IMG/VR virus record: IMGVR_UViG_2061766007_000995
Origin: an uncultured virus (IMG/VR IMGVR_UViG_2061766007_000995)
Lineage: Duplodnaviria; Heunggongvirae; Uroviricota; Caudoviricetes
Length of the DNA stretch: 64,000 nucleotides
Strand: one strand, 5' to 3'
Below the pieces are notes generated by a model. The model was given only the letters and a program-made list of their open reading frames with translations, was not told the origin of the DNA and did no database searches. The position numbers and the translations under genes were made by a program. Shown here piece after piece: positions 32,705 to 43,160 of this stretch. The first letter of the stretch is position 1; each line of letters starts with the position of its first letter.

Positions 32705-32804
32705 ATATACGTTCCTCCATGCATCATATAAGCGAGAAAAAAGAAAAAGGGCAGGACTTTTAGCTCCCACCCTTTGCTATAAGCATTATATTTAATTTTG
32801 ACAG

Positions 32805-33926
32805 CTACTTTTTCTCAGTTAGTACAGCTTCGCTGAAATCCTGATCAAGCCAAAGTCTAGCCTTTGTTGGAACAGGAGGAATTCTAATGTCGCTTAATTC
32901 AACTCCAGCCATTTGTGGATCACCTTTCATCTTGAGCGGATGTGCAAGTTCCTTTGCAACTCTAGCCACAGCATCTGCAACTGTCTTTTCAAGACCAGCA
33001 AATTCACAGGCATGGTTGAAGGAATAGATTTCAATAGCATAAGGAAGAACGTCTGCACTATTTCCAGAGTTTCTATAGATAGAAGCTACTTCATAGCGGC
33101 CATCAAGAATGAGAGACACTTTGTTGAGATTCTTCTTGAATATTTCCCATCTGAATACATGAGCCGCCGCTTCAGAAACAACTTCCGAGCCTGGATTCTT
33201 GTATCCTTTCTCCAGCCATTCCTTTACGTTATCTGGCATTGCTGGAAAATTCAGTGCATTTGCACTATAGTCCATTTTCTTGTAGGATTCTGCACTATTC
33301 AACAGTTCTTCAAGAGTGGCGTATTCCAGTTTAAGATGTGACTTATTCTCCATGGAATAGGCATACATCTTCATGCAGTATGGCTTTTCCTTAATCCACT
33401 CCTTGAAAAACTTGGAGTTGGCTGGATCAGGAATTCTTTTGCACACTTTAATGTAGTTTTTTCTGCGTCGTCTTAAAACAACTTCGCCTTCGTTTTTTCC
33501 CTTGATCCATTCAAAATAGTCCTTGGGAATGGAAGACGTTGCAGTTTCCCATTCATCTGAAGATTCCGAAACGCTTTCATTAGACATTTTGATTCCATCA
33601 TCTTCAGACTTTTCAGGTCCATGCTTGAGCCAGCGACGGATGTTTGAAGGACATACTGGAATTAATGCTCCTTTCAGCTTGTCATTTAAAAGTTCCTGCG
33701 CCATGGCAAAGGCGTCAACAAACTTGCTCTTCTGACATCCAAGAGAAGACTTGTCCTTTGGATCTGTCATTACGGTGTAGTTCTTTCCATCAAAGTCAAT
33801 TCCAAGAATGGACTTTCTGCCACGCTTCAGAAGAATGCATCTGTCCACATGTGGATCAATGGCCCAGTGAAGTGGTTCTGCCGTAGTGGCTCCAGCTTCA
33901 AAAATATATTCGTTGAATGTATTCAT
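32805..33926 (-). CDS. Putative internal head protein with three tandem ~110-aa domains
   Basis: MNTFNEYIFE start; GTAAATA at 33947-33953. Confidence 0.65.
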   Translation of the reverse strand: MNTFNEYIFEAGATTAEPLHWAIDPHVDRCILLKRGRKSILGIDFDGKNYTVMTDPKDKSSLGCQKSKFVDAFAMAQELLNDKLKGALIPVCPSNIRRWLKHGPEKSEDDGIKMSNESVSESSDEWETATSSIPKDYFEWIKGKNEGEVVLRRRRKNYIKVCKRIPDPANSKFFKEWIKEKPYCMKMYAYSMENKSHLKLEYATLEELLNSAESYKKMDYSANALNFPAMPDNVKEWLEKGYKNPGSEVVSEAAAHVFRWEIFKKNLNKVSLILDGRYEVASIYRNSGNSADVLPYAIEIYSFNHACEFAGLEKTVADAVARVAKELAHPLKMKGDPQMAGVELSDIRIPPVPTKARLWLDQDFSEAVLTEKK

Positions 33927-33958
33927 CTTGCAAGATATTGTTTTGATATTTACAATCG

Positions 33959-34675
33959 CTATACGTTTTTAACGTATGGTTCGCCAATCCAGTCAACCAT
34001 GGTTTTTGTTGGCTTAGGAACAACAATGTCTTTCGGCTTTGCCGCCCTGTCCAGACACAGAAATGGATTTTTGCCTGTTTTCAGTTCAGAGACAAGAACC
34101 TTTGTCATGTCAGACTGAATATTCTTCAAATCCTTGACTGGAAGAACAGCCTTTGCATCCATTCCAGAAACGCTTCTATGGGCGCAGACAAAATAGGAAG
34201 TTTCATCCGTTGCTGGAGCAAGAAGAACTCCGTTTCTTGAAATCTGCTTGGCATATTCTGAAATGGAGAGACTGTACTGATTAGCCATCATGGATGCATT
34301 GACAACAGAACCAATAAATTCAATGGCCTGCTTCTTTGCTCTGGCCATTTGCGTCTTGCTTAGACGTCCAGACTCCATGTCTGTTTTCAGTTTCTGCCTA
34401 GNNNNNNNNNNGGCCATCATGGATGCATTGACAACAGAACCAATAAATTCGATGGCCTGCTTCTTTGCTCTGGCTATTTGCGTCTTGCTTAGACGTCCAG
34501 ACTCCATGTCTGCTTTCAGTTTCTGCCTAGTCTCCTTGGACTGGCAGTTAAGAAACTCTCCTTTAAGAAGAATAGTGAAAGGATCGCTTTTTTCCCATTT
34601 TAGAGCAGGCATTCCAATGAAAAGGTCATCCTTCTCCACTTCTTCTCCTAGAATATATTTCTTAAACGTATTCAT
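33959..34675 (-). CDS. Putative internal head protein
   Basis: MNTFKKYILGEE start; duplication at an N join. Confidence 0.6.
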   Translation of the reverse strand: MNTFKKYILGEEVEKDDLFIGMPALKWEKSDPFTILLKGEFLNCQSKETRQKLKADMESGRLSKTQIARAKKQAIEFIGSVVNASMMAXXXXRQKLKTDMESGRLSKTQMARAKKQAIEFIGSVVNASMMANQYSLSISEYAKQISRNGVLLAPATDETSYFVCAHRSVSGMDAKAVLPVKDLKNIQSDMTKVLVSELKTGKNPFLCLDRAAKPKDIVVPKPTKTMVDWIGEPYVKNV

Positions 34676-34677
34676 AT

Positions 34678-35166
34678 CTACTTTTCCCCTGTAATGTCTT
34701 TTTCCAGCCAGTCCTTGATAGTGCCAGGCATTGAAGCAGGAAATGCAAGACCGTCGGCGCTGCGATCCTGTTCCTTGCATCTTTGCGCTACCATCAGAGC
34801 GTCTTCCAGCGTCTTGAAATCCCAATGCGGCCTTTTGAAGGATGCAGAAACCTTTAGTCCATAACTAAGTTCCAAGCGATAAAAGGCATTTCCGATGGAT
34901 GAGGCAGGAAACTTCTTCAACGTGAAATAAGACTTGTTTCCACGCCTAACAACAACAGCACCGACTCGATTGCCTTTTTTCCACTGCATGTCGCTGTACT
35001 TGCCTTCGCTGGCCAGCTTCTTCCATGCTCTAATCCACTCTTCAAACTGAGATGGAGAAATTTGACGATTTTCCGAAGAAATACCCAAATTTCTTATTTT
35101 AGACCATGGATTATCTATACTATCTTCAACTAGATGATTTTTAATATATTCCTTGAACGTATTCAT
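34678..35166 (-). CDS. Putative internal head protein
   Basis: MNTFKEYIKNHLVE start; shared domain ending MP.TIKDWLEK. Confidence 0.65.
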   Translation of the reverse strand: MNTFKEYIKNHLVEDSIDNPWSKIRNLGISSENRQISPSQFEEWIRAWKKLASEGKYSDMQWKKGNRVGAVVVRRGNKSYFTLKKFPASSIGNAFYRLELSYGLKVSASFKRPHWDFKTLEDALMVAQRCKEQDRSADGLAFPASMPGTIKDWLEKDITGEK

Positions 35167-35568
35167 ATACTTTTCCTAATTTTCAATTCTTTCAAGCCAA
35201 TTCTTCACTTCCATCTTCATTGGTTCCACTTCATACAGATCAAAGTTTGCCGTAGCCAGCATATGCTCTACAAAAGCCATTGCATCATTGAACGTTCTGC
35301 AAGTGTTTGCGCCTCCAGATGAAAGTGAAACCATATAAGGTCTGTCACTTTCGCGGCCTACAATCTTGTTCAGCACATACAAGACTTTTTGACCACATTT
35401 CAGCTTGANNNNNNNNNNCGCTCTAATCCATTCTTCAAACTGAGATGGAGAAATTTGACGATTTTCCGAAGAAATGCCCAAATTTCTTATTTTAGACCAC
35501 GGATTGTCTATACTATCTTCAGCTAGATAATTATTAATGTATTCCTTGAACGTATTCATACACTTTTC

Positions 35569-35895
35569 CTAATTTTCAACTCTTTCAAGCCAATTCTTCA
35601 CTTCCATCTTCATTGGTTCCACTTCATATAGATCAAAGTTTGCTGTAGCCAGCATATGCTCTACAAAAGCCATTGCATCATTGAACGTTCTGCAAGTGTT
35701 TGCGCCTCCAGATGAAAGTGAAACCATATAGGGCATGCTGGTTGTATGGCTTACAATCTTGTTCAGCACATACAAGACTTTTTGACCACATTTCAGCTTG
35801 ACATAGTTTGGATTCTTTCTGTCTATGCTCCACTTGGCCTTTCTTTTGGAAGATTTAACTGATTTACCAAGAATATAGTCATTGAATGTGTTCAT
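35569..35895 (-). CDS. Putative internal head protein (allelic duplicate at 35176-35408)
   Basis: MNTFNDYIL start; KAKW.ID...EPM...VKNWLE domain. Confidence 0.65.
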   Translation of the reverse strand: MNTFNDYILGKSVKSSKRKAKWSIDRKNPNYVKLKCGQKVLYVLNKIVSHTTSMPYMVSLSSGGANTCRTFNDAMAFVEHMLATANFDLYEVEPMKMEVKNWLERVEN

Positions 35896-35909
35896 TTAAG
35901 CATCCTTGA

Positions 35910-36383
35910 CTAGAATACGCATTTTTCAAGCCAGTCCTGAACATCCTTAGACATAGGCTCTACAATGTACTTTTCTAGGATTGCATAGGTGAACATCTTG
36001 TCAATGTGGACCATAGCATCCTTCAAGGTTGGAAAGAGCTTACCAGGATTTTTCCGCGTGGTAGAGTAAATCATTTTGACGGAGTATGGTTCAATCATGT
36101 TTTGATACTTGCACATTCTGAAAAGCATCTTGGTTCCAGCCTTCANNNNNNNNNNCTTCAATGTTGGGAAGAGTTTACCAGGATTTTTCCGCGTTGTAGA
36201 AAAAATCATTTTGACGGAGTATGGTTCAACCATGTTTTGATACTTGCACATTCTGAAAAGCATTTTGGTTCCAGCCTTCAGAATAATCTCTCCACGGCGT
36301 TTCTTGTCAATGATCCATTTGGCCTTTTGTGGTCCAGCACTGACTCCTGCCTCATTTACATACTCAGCAAATGATTTCATCAA
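35910..36383 (-). CDS. Putative internal head protein
   Basis: MKSFAEYVNE start; KAKWIIDKK...EPMSKDVQDWLEK. Confidence 0.65.
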   Translation of the reverse strand: MMKSFAEYVNEAGVSAGPQKAKWIIDKKRRGEIILKAGTKMLFRMCKYQNMVEPYSVKMIFSTTRKNPGKLFPTLKXXXXKAGTKMLFRMCKYQNMIEPYSVKMIYSTTRKNPGKLFPTLKDAMVHIDKMFTYAILEKYIVEPMSKDVQDWLEKCVF

Positions 36384-36394
36384 ACAATCTCCTA

Positions 36395-36913
36395 CTAGAT
36401 TTTCATCATTCCCTTGATCTTGTCAAAGGAAGCCCTGTAGACAGCTCCGTTTGAATTCATCATGTATTTTGTGCATAGACGTCCAGCTGGATCAAGATTG
36501 TTCTTGGCTTCGCGTCCTTTGACAAGGGCTACATGCACCCACGAAACTCTGCCATTTCCATCTATTCCTTCCGCAATAAGTTCAGTGTAGGGAAGATTAT
36601 GATAGATGTACTCAAAAACATGCTTCAATGACACCTTTCCTGAAGGAATCTGTATGTCTGCGGCGCATCCATGGGAATGCCAGGAGGAAGGAGAACCACC
36701 AACAGCACGATTCAATGCAGGAGAACGATAGCCTGAAGTTACGCGAATCGGAACTCCAACATAGTTTCTCAAAGGCTGAAGCACATTTTTAACTAGATAA
36801 GTCAAATTTTCTTCTATGTCTTTGGGAGGACGATTGTCAATGCCTCTTCGTTCAGCCGTTGCCGAACGGAACATTTCTTCAAGAGTGAAATTCTCTGTAA
36901 TCTGCTTTGCCAT
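36395..36913 (-). CDS. Peptidase M15A family endolysin
   Basis: NFTLEEM, VTSGYRSPALNRAVGG...S.H..G.AADI, WVHVAL. Confidence 0.9.
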   Translation of the reverse strand: MAKQITENFTLEEMFRSATAERRGIDNRPPKDIEENLTYLVKNVLQPLRNYVGVPIRVTSGYRSPALNRAVGGSPSSWHSHGCAADIQIPSGKVSLKHVFEYIYHNLPYTELIAEGIDGNGRVSWVHVALVKGREAKNNLDPAGRLCTKYMMNSNGAVYRASFDKIKGMMKI

Positions 36914-37067
36914 ATAGTCTCCACCCAGAAGGAGCGAAATTGCTACACTGCAAAATGATGCAATTAGGCGTCCTTTCCAGATGCTGTGCAGAATATTTAA
37001 TCGAAACATGACGCTTTCCTTGTTTAAGGCTGTATGTATCCGCTTCTTTTTTCTCTCTTTGAAAGCA

Positions 37068-37097
37068 AGTCTATCACACGCCGAAGCGTCCTGTCAA
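37068..37097 (-). promoter_or_regulatory. Sigma70-type promoter
   Basis: TTGACA-N18-TAGACT. Confidence 0.65.
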
Positions 37098-37107
37098 GCG
37101 GTTTCTG

Positions 37108-37410
37108 CTACATTTTGATAATTGTACTCATGATTGGAGAATTGCTTATATTTCCACAGTCAATAAGAGATGATTGTGTTACAGCAAGAGGTCTTCCATC
37201 ACAAAGTACATTGTTTGCTCCAGTTCTAACTGAAACTCCATGAGAAGATTCCCATTCCGGAACATAATGCTCAGCCCAATAATCTCCAGGATGAAGTGGA
37301 TAAGAAGATTCAAACCTTACCGAACCTGGAACTGACGTATATGTCGTTGTTGATGGAACTCCATGCCAGTGTCTTGCTGATGAAAGCGTTACTGCTGGAT
37401 TTATGGCCAT
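37108..37410 (-). CDS. PAAR-like baseplate spike tip protein (gp5.4-like)
   Basis: H...P, GD...H, H...V.TGA..V..DGRPLA......CG pattern; late motif at 37430. Confidence 0.75.
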   Translation of the reverse strand: MAINPAVTLSSARHWHGVPSTTTYTSVPGSVRFESSYPLHPGDYWAEHYVPEWESSHGVSVRTGANNVLCDGRPLAVTQSSLIDCGNISNSPIMSTIIKM

Positions 37411-37489
37411 AAGTTTATTGATTTTAAAATATTTACATCCTTTCCATTAAAAGCGTAAATAGTCAATACTTTGCAAGACAAAAACAACT

Positions 37490-40400
37490 ATGCCTGAAAC
37501 GGAAAGCAATGCAACCAAGTCGCGTCTGGAAAAATTCATCGACGGTTGCTCTCAGTTGACTGAAATATATGCCGTCGCTCCACTCAACTATACCAACATT
37601 ATGGGTGAATGGTGGCAGAGAATCAATGACATCATCTATACGCTTGGATTGACAGAAACGCAGAACACTCCAGTCACGATTGCGTGGACAGTTCCAGTTC
37701 CAGGCAGAAAAAGGTCTCCATTCTTTGAAGAGGAGATTGCAACGAAAAAGCCAGATGGAACGGAAGTTTCTGAAGCATCTAGAGTGTCGCATGTGGCTGG
37801 AACTGGCACAACCATTAATGGAACCAATACAAAAAAGGTAAAAGCTCACAAGTATGGTCTTATTCAAAGCATAGACAAGCTGTTCCAAAGAAACATTGAC
37901 ACATGGGGAGGAATGTACAGATACTTCTACAATCGTACCCATAATGGCGATGGAACTTTAAAAACTGGAATAGACATTCTTGAGCCAGCAGATTTGACGG
38001 AAATGCTGTTTGGCAAAAGATATCCAAACGTTGATGATACCGAAAATGCAGGAAGAACAACAGGAATAACTGACATGTTCAACAGAGCCTGCCGAAACTT
38101 GACTGGAAATGAACAAGGGCTGGCGAACTCATTAACGCATTTTATCGAAAAAGTTATTGGTTCAAATTTATATGATTTTCTCGATCCAAATACTGGAAAC
38201 ACAAGTGGAGAAAATAAAGAACCAAGTGGTTTGCAGGAATTGCTGTTTGGAACAAATTCCAATGGAAATTCACTTACAGAAGGTGAAATTCTTGCAAAGT
38301 GGAAGGAAATGGAACGCGATGGTTTAACTGCGGATGGACTGGTTGGACGCACTAATGGAATGTTTGAAACCATCGGCGATGATCTATATGACTGGCTTAA
38401 CAACTATAATAAGCAGTGTGTAGTTCATTCATCTGTAAAAAAGTGTGAGCTATATACATGGTCAAAACCATCCAACACTTGGACATGGGTGAAAGATGGT
38501 TCAAAACAATATAGATATAGAGGCAAAGCTGAAGGAAATAGAACAATTCCAATATTAGCCATTGATGGAGTTCAATATTCATATCCACAAAGCGGAACTA
38601 CAGTTGTTTCTGTTGAAAATGAAAACATAACTCGTAGATATGATGATATTGATGCTGTTATTAAAGAAGAATTTATTAATATTGCAAAAACGGCGTTGAA
38701 TGCTGAATATGCTGTATCTACAAATCCAGCAAAAGTTGATGATATTGCATACGCTTCTGTAAAAATAATTGTCAATCCACAACTTAGTACGCAATATGAA
38801 TGTACGAAATTTGGCTTCTTTGTCTGTACTGCTGCAGGATCAAACAAAAATGCAACTTGGACGCTAAAAGAAGAGAGTTATGTCAAGGCCATTAGTGGCC
38901 TTTATGATATTCCACAATACGCGGCATCTTCGCCAGCAAGTGGTCAAATGTGTCTTGTTGCTACTGATGTAGAAACTCTCGAAAATAATGCAAATGGTGG
39001 ACCAAAAACAATAAAGGATCTCCTCTTTGGTAATGCCAACATATGTGATATTTGGAAAGATATGTCCAGTGGTTCACTTGTAGGAGAAACGCAGAAAATC
39101 AAGGACACTATTGGCGAAGATCTCATTGAATTGATGAATCCAGAAAATACACAGCCAATATGCGGAAATAGTGCTGTTGCTGGAAGCAAGCCAGGTCCGC
39201 ATAGTCTCAAAGACCTGCTGTTTGGTTCAATGTCTACTGAAGAGCTGTGCAACACCATCAAGGAAATGACTGGTGATTCTATCATCAATGAGATCACCAA
39301 TATTACCAACTATCTGGGTGATTCCTACTACAACTACTACACAATCAACAATCCAGCTACGCCAAATCCAACTCCAGTAGCGCCGCTGGATCCTGCTGTC
39401 AATCCAATGACTGTGCTTCACAGCATGTCTCCTGGCCAAGTTTTATTCGGCTCCTTGAATGAAAAGAAGGAACAGTCATGGACGGCCGACTATCTTGTTC
39501 AAACTGGATACATCTGCGAAAACTCGGAAGAAGCACTTAGTACAGTTGACAGCTTGACTGATCAGGAACGCATATTCAATACATATCAGCGCGTAGCCTA
39601 TACAGGAACTGGCACTCCATTCCCAAATGTAGATGATCCAAGTGCCATATATTTCTGGGAAGATTCAGTTCCATTCACTTCTTGGGATGACGCCAAAGCA
39701 TCTTCTGAAAATACAAGCACGACAAACACCAATGTCTGGCCGTATAGAACAGCCAATGCAGGAAGATTCCATCTCAATACGAAAAATACTCTTGCAAATG
39801 GAACACAGGAACTTGCCTGTCCTACATTATGGATATACAATTCCACTGACGGAATGTCATATGCTCTATTTCTCAATAGTTTCACATATGAAGATGTCCA
39901 ATATGCAAGTACAACAGCATTAACTCCTACTGGTACATTATTATGGAGAAAAAACAATGATGATGGTACTCGCAACTTTAATGCCAGTCAGCTTGTCAGC
40001 AGAAAATACATTACTGTCACAAGCACAGTAAATGGAGAAACAGTCAATACAACAACAGGATATTATATCTTTTCGGCTGATGCTGAAAATGTTGGAACCC
40101 GTTGGACATTGAATACAGCAAAAGGCGGAGACAATAAACAGCATGGACTGTATGTCACCGCAAAATCTATACTAAAAGCTACTACATTCTTGGCCAGTGG
40201 AAGCAAGATAGATGGAAGGACTGTAGGATCGGCAGGCGAAACGCTGCAGAACGACACAACAACAGGATGGTGGTATCTTGCTCCTGGAAGCATTATTGCA
40301 CAGGGTTCTACACTGTATCAAACAACATATGCTATTCAAAAGGCTAACAGAACAAAAGCTGAAGATGACGCTTTGACTACATATTCATTCCCGGCTAGAG

Positions 40401-43075
40401 ATGGACATAATACATGGTGCTATAGATGGTCTATTTCCAGACAAGGCTATTATTGGAATGAAAAGCAATACGGACAAACTTTCTATAGAAAAAACTTTGT
40501 CTATGTGAAAAGAAACTTTTTCCATCCTACACCAGAGATGGTGTCAAAACTTCAAATGTCTGTTGAAGTCTTTTCTAATGGTTCAATCGTAGACTCGGCA
40601 TGCTGGGACTTCGACACCAAAAACAACCTTATCCTTCTTGGATGCAACTCCGTTGCATATACTGGATTCCTTTCCAACAAGAAATATAACAATTATTTTC
40701 TAAGTACAAGACCTCAATCAGATACAGATGATGATGACTCCATTGGAATTCTCGCTGGAGGTTACAAAGACATTAATACTGGCGTAGTGCATACATTAGG
40801 ATTAAGACTCAGTTATGGAGGAAATTCGGCCTTAACTTTGAATACAGACATAGGTGGAACAAACGGTGTTCAAATTTTTGGTCAAGGATCGCAGAATGGT
40901 GCAATACATGTGAGAAGCATTTGTGGAAAATATGGATTCTACACATATAAAAATGGAAATGTAACAAATACAACACCTAAAAGAGGATATACATCTCCAG
41001 CTTCTGGAAATGGATATTTGAAATGTGATCCAAATATCATCCCCAGAAATTATGAATGTCCAGTAAATGCAAACGACAAGCCAGACTTGTCTACAGAATC
41101 TGCAAATGAAAACTGCCTTGTTAGATTCAATGCTTCTACAAACAAGTTTGAATTTCCGAAAGCTGAAGAAGGACTAGCATTTGCTACAAAAACGTATGAC
41201 GGCGTAACTGTAACTGAAGCTGATGCTCCATATTCTGTGCTTGGAGGCTACTTCAAGTTTAACGGAATCAACTATGCCTTCATCAACCTTTCAAAGGCTC
41301 TCTATCAGGATGTACACACTACAAATGGTCCTTCAACAAAGGGAAGATTTACATTCACGATCAATCCAACTACAGGAAGCAGCGATAACCATGCTACATA
41401 TGGAAATGCAAATGCCTATGTATATGAACCATATACAACAACAGATAATGGAAGATCTTCCTATACAGAACCAACAAAATATGCAACAAATAACTGGAAC
41501 GACAATAAAAAAGTAGCTCAAGGCGTTCTTGACATTCTTAATCACAATGGTTTGATCTTTTTAAGAAATGGCTGTGGATATGACTATGAAATTCCACATC
41601 CAGAATATTCCAGCAATGCTCCAACTGCTCCAGCAAACAGAAGCTATATAAAGCCTTGGCATCTAAGTTCAATGTCATTTGATCAATGGTGGAATGGAAC
41701 AAAAGATGGAAGCAATCAAGTTCTCGTTCCAATTAGCGACAGTTTGAAAGCTCTTATTCGTTCATCAATAAAGTACATCTTTAGACTATATCAATACATC
41801 CCAGCATCAGGTTCAGTTGCGGCGCAGACAAAGCCTGTTTCAATGACAGACACTATTGCCGATTTCATTTTGCAGTATTTCATCTTCCCAAAATATCAAC
41901 TGTCTACGTTCAACTTTAACAATCTGCTTTTAGATGATGTATTCAAACTGTATACTACAGACACGAATCTTTATCCAACAACACGAAATGCAACTGCTCC
42001 TGGTGGAACAACTGCTGGATGCTTCTTTGGATATGGTCCAATAAACTGCTACAAGAAATATGACCTTAACTGCTATATGTCGGTACAGAAAAAGCCAAAC
42101 ATGATTACTATCACATATAAGGACATATTCTATGAAATACGCAATCTTGGCACGAATACAAACGATCCTGGAATAAATTACATCAATTTACATCATCCAT
42201 ATCAAGGCGACATTATTATAACGCTTCAATACAACACAACAGATCAACGTCCAGAATTTACAGTAAAGCAAGGCGATTATGAAACGGCTGTTACGCCAAT
42301 TACAAATGCCAATGCAAAGTCAATTGTAACAGAAATACTTCAAAACGCAACAAGCTATGGATATATGGCCTGTTCAAACCCATTAAGCTGCTTTAAGGAC
42401 AATATTTTCATTGATCAAGACTATTCAACAATCTATGACCTTGAAAACAACATAAAGTGGGAAGTTGACAAAAACAACAACTACGTTAAAATTTCAACTG
42501 ACTGTACGGCTGAACTCTACAAGATGTTTGGACCAGGTCGTCTAATTTCAAACGACTTCACTGGCAAGCTATACTATACTCGTGGCGATGCAAACCAGAT
42601 TCAAAAGATTGTCAACGGACGCGATGAAATCATAAAGGAAACAGAACGAGTTTTAGGCTACAACAACTATGAAGTTTTTGACAAAACCGATTTGAAAGAT
42701 GCCAATGGCAACCCACAAGCTCGTGTAACTGGAGACGGTTTCTACTATATTAACAACTGCACCCCAGGAAAAATGGTTGTCATTGCTCATTCAAATCCTG
42801 CAGGAAAAGCCACAGCATGCGGCGTAAGAGTAAAGTCTGGTTCTGTGATGGGTCTTGGAACGCATCCAGGAGCATTCTATAGACTGGGTACAAACACCCT
42901 TCAAATCAATGCTACTGTAGGAGATCCACATACAGGTTATACCGGTGATGCACCATTCCCAGAAACATATACAGACTATTCAATGTCTTTTGTCATTATT
43001 CCTAATGCAACAACATTAGTATTGGAAGTTATTGACATGGATGACGATGGAGACGTGCTTTATGTCTTCAAGTAA
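37490..43075 (+). CDS. Large virion structural/fibre protein, 1861 aa
   Basis: GTAAATA at 37455, T/N/G-rich, N-terminal helical repeats, terminator downstream. Confidence 0.65.
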   Translation: MPETESNATKSRLEKFIDGCSQLTEIYAVAPLNYTNIMGEWWQRINDIIYTLGLTETQNTPVTIAWTVPVPGRKRSPFFEEEIATKKPDGTEVSEASRVSHVAGTGTTINGTNTKKVKAHKYGLIQSIDKLFQRNIDTWGGMYRYFYNRTHNGDGTLKTGIDILEPADLTEMLFGKRYPNVDDTENAGRTTGITDMFNRACRNLTGNEQGLANSLTHFIEKVIGSNLYDFLDPNTGNTSGENKEPSGLQELLFGTNSNGNSLTEGEILAKWKEMERDGLTADGLVGRTNGMFETIGDDLYDWLNNYNKQCVVHSSVKKCELYTWSKPSNTWTWVKDGSKQYRYRGKAEGNRTIPILAIDGVQYSYPQSGTTVVSVENENITRRYDDIDAVIKEEFINIAKTALNAEYAVSTNPAKVDDIAYASVKIIVNPQLSTQYECTKFGFFVCTAAGSNKNATWTLKEESYVKAISGLYDIPQYAASSPASGQMCLVATDVETLENNANGGPKTIKDLLFGNANICDIWKDMSSGSLVGETQKIKDTIGEDLIELMNPENTQPICGNSAVAGSKPGPHSLKDLLFGSMSTEELCNTIKEMTGDSIINEITNITNYLGDSYYNYYTINNPATPNPTPVAPLDPAVNPMTVLHSMSPGQVLFGSLNEKKEQSWTADYLVQTGYICENSEEALSTVDSLTDQERIFNTYQRVAYTGTGTPFPNVDDPSAIYFWEDSVPFTSWDDAKASSENTSTTNTNVWPYRTANAGRFHLNTKNTLANGTQELACPTLWIYNSTDGMSYALFLNSFTYEDVQYASTTALTPTGTLLWRKNNDDGTRNFNASQLVSRKYITVTSTVNGETVNTTTGYYIFSADAENVGTRWTLNTAKGGDNKQHGLYVTAKSILKATTFLASGSKIDGRTVGSAGETLQNDTTTGWWYLAPGSIIAQGSTLYQTTYAIQKANRTKAEDDALTTYSFPARDGHNTWCYRWSISRQGYYWNEKQYGQTFYRKNFVYVKRNFFHPTPEMVSKLQMSVEVFSNGSIVDSACWDFDTKNNLILLGCNSVAYTGFLSNKKYNNYFLSTRPQSDTDDDDSIGILAGGYKDINTGVVHTLGLRLSYGGNSALTLNTDIGGTNGVQIFGQGSQNGAIHVRSICGKYGFYTYKNGNVTNTTPKRGYTSPASGNGYLKCDPNIIPRNYECPVNANDKPDLSTESANENCLVRFNASTNKFEFPKAEEGLAFATKTYDGVTVTEADAPYSVLGGYFKFNGINYAFINLSKALYQDVHTTNGPSTKGRFTFTINPTTGSSDNHATYGNANAYVYEPYTTTDNGRSSYTEPTKYATNNWNDNKKVAQGVLDILNHNGLIFLRNGCGYDYEIPHPEYSSNAPTAPANRSYIKPWHLSSMSFDQWWNGTKDGSNQVLVPISDSLKALIRSSIKYIFRLYQYIPASGSVAAQTKPVSMTDTIADFILQYFIFPKYQLSTFNFNNLLLDDVFKLYTTDTNLYPTTRNATAPGGTTAGCFFGYGPINCYKKYDLNCYMSVQKKPNMITITYKDIFYEIRNLGTNTNDPGINYINLHHPYQGDIIITLQYNTTDQRPEFTVKQGDYETAVTPITNANAKSIVTEILQNATSYGYMACSNPLSCFKDNIFIDQDYSTIYDLENNIKWEVDKNNNYVKISTDCTAELYKMFGPGRLISNDFTGKLYYTRGDANQIQKIVNGRDEIIKETERVLGYNNYEVFDKTDLKDANGNPQARVTGDGFYYINNCTPGKMVVIAHSNPAGKATACGVRVKSGSVMGLGTHPGAFYRLGTNTLQINATVGDPHTGYTGDAPFPETYTDYSMSFVIIPNATTLVLEVIDMDDDGDVLYVFK

Positions 43076-43104
43076 TACATAAATTTCAATTTTTAAAAAT
43101 TATA

Positions 43105-43132
43105 GAAGGAGGACTTCGGTCCTCCTCTTTTT
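43105..43132 (+). terminator. Intrinsic terminator
   Basis: AGGAGGAC-TTCG-GTCCTCCT followed by a T tract. Confidence 0.85.
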
Positions 43133-43160
43133 GTAAATATGTTATTATCATAAAATTACA

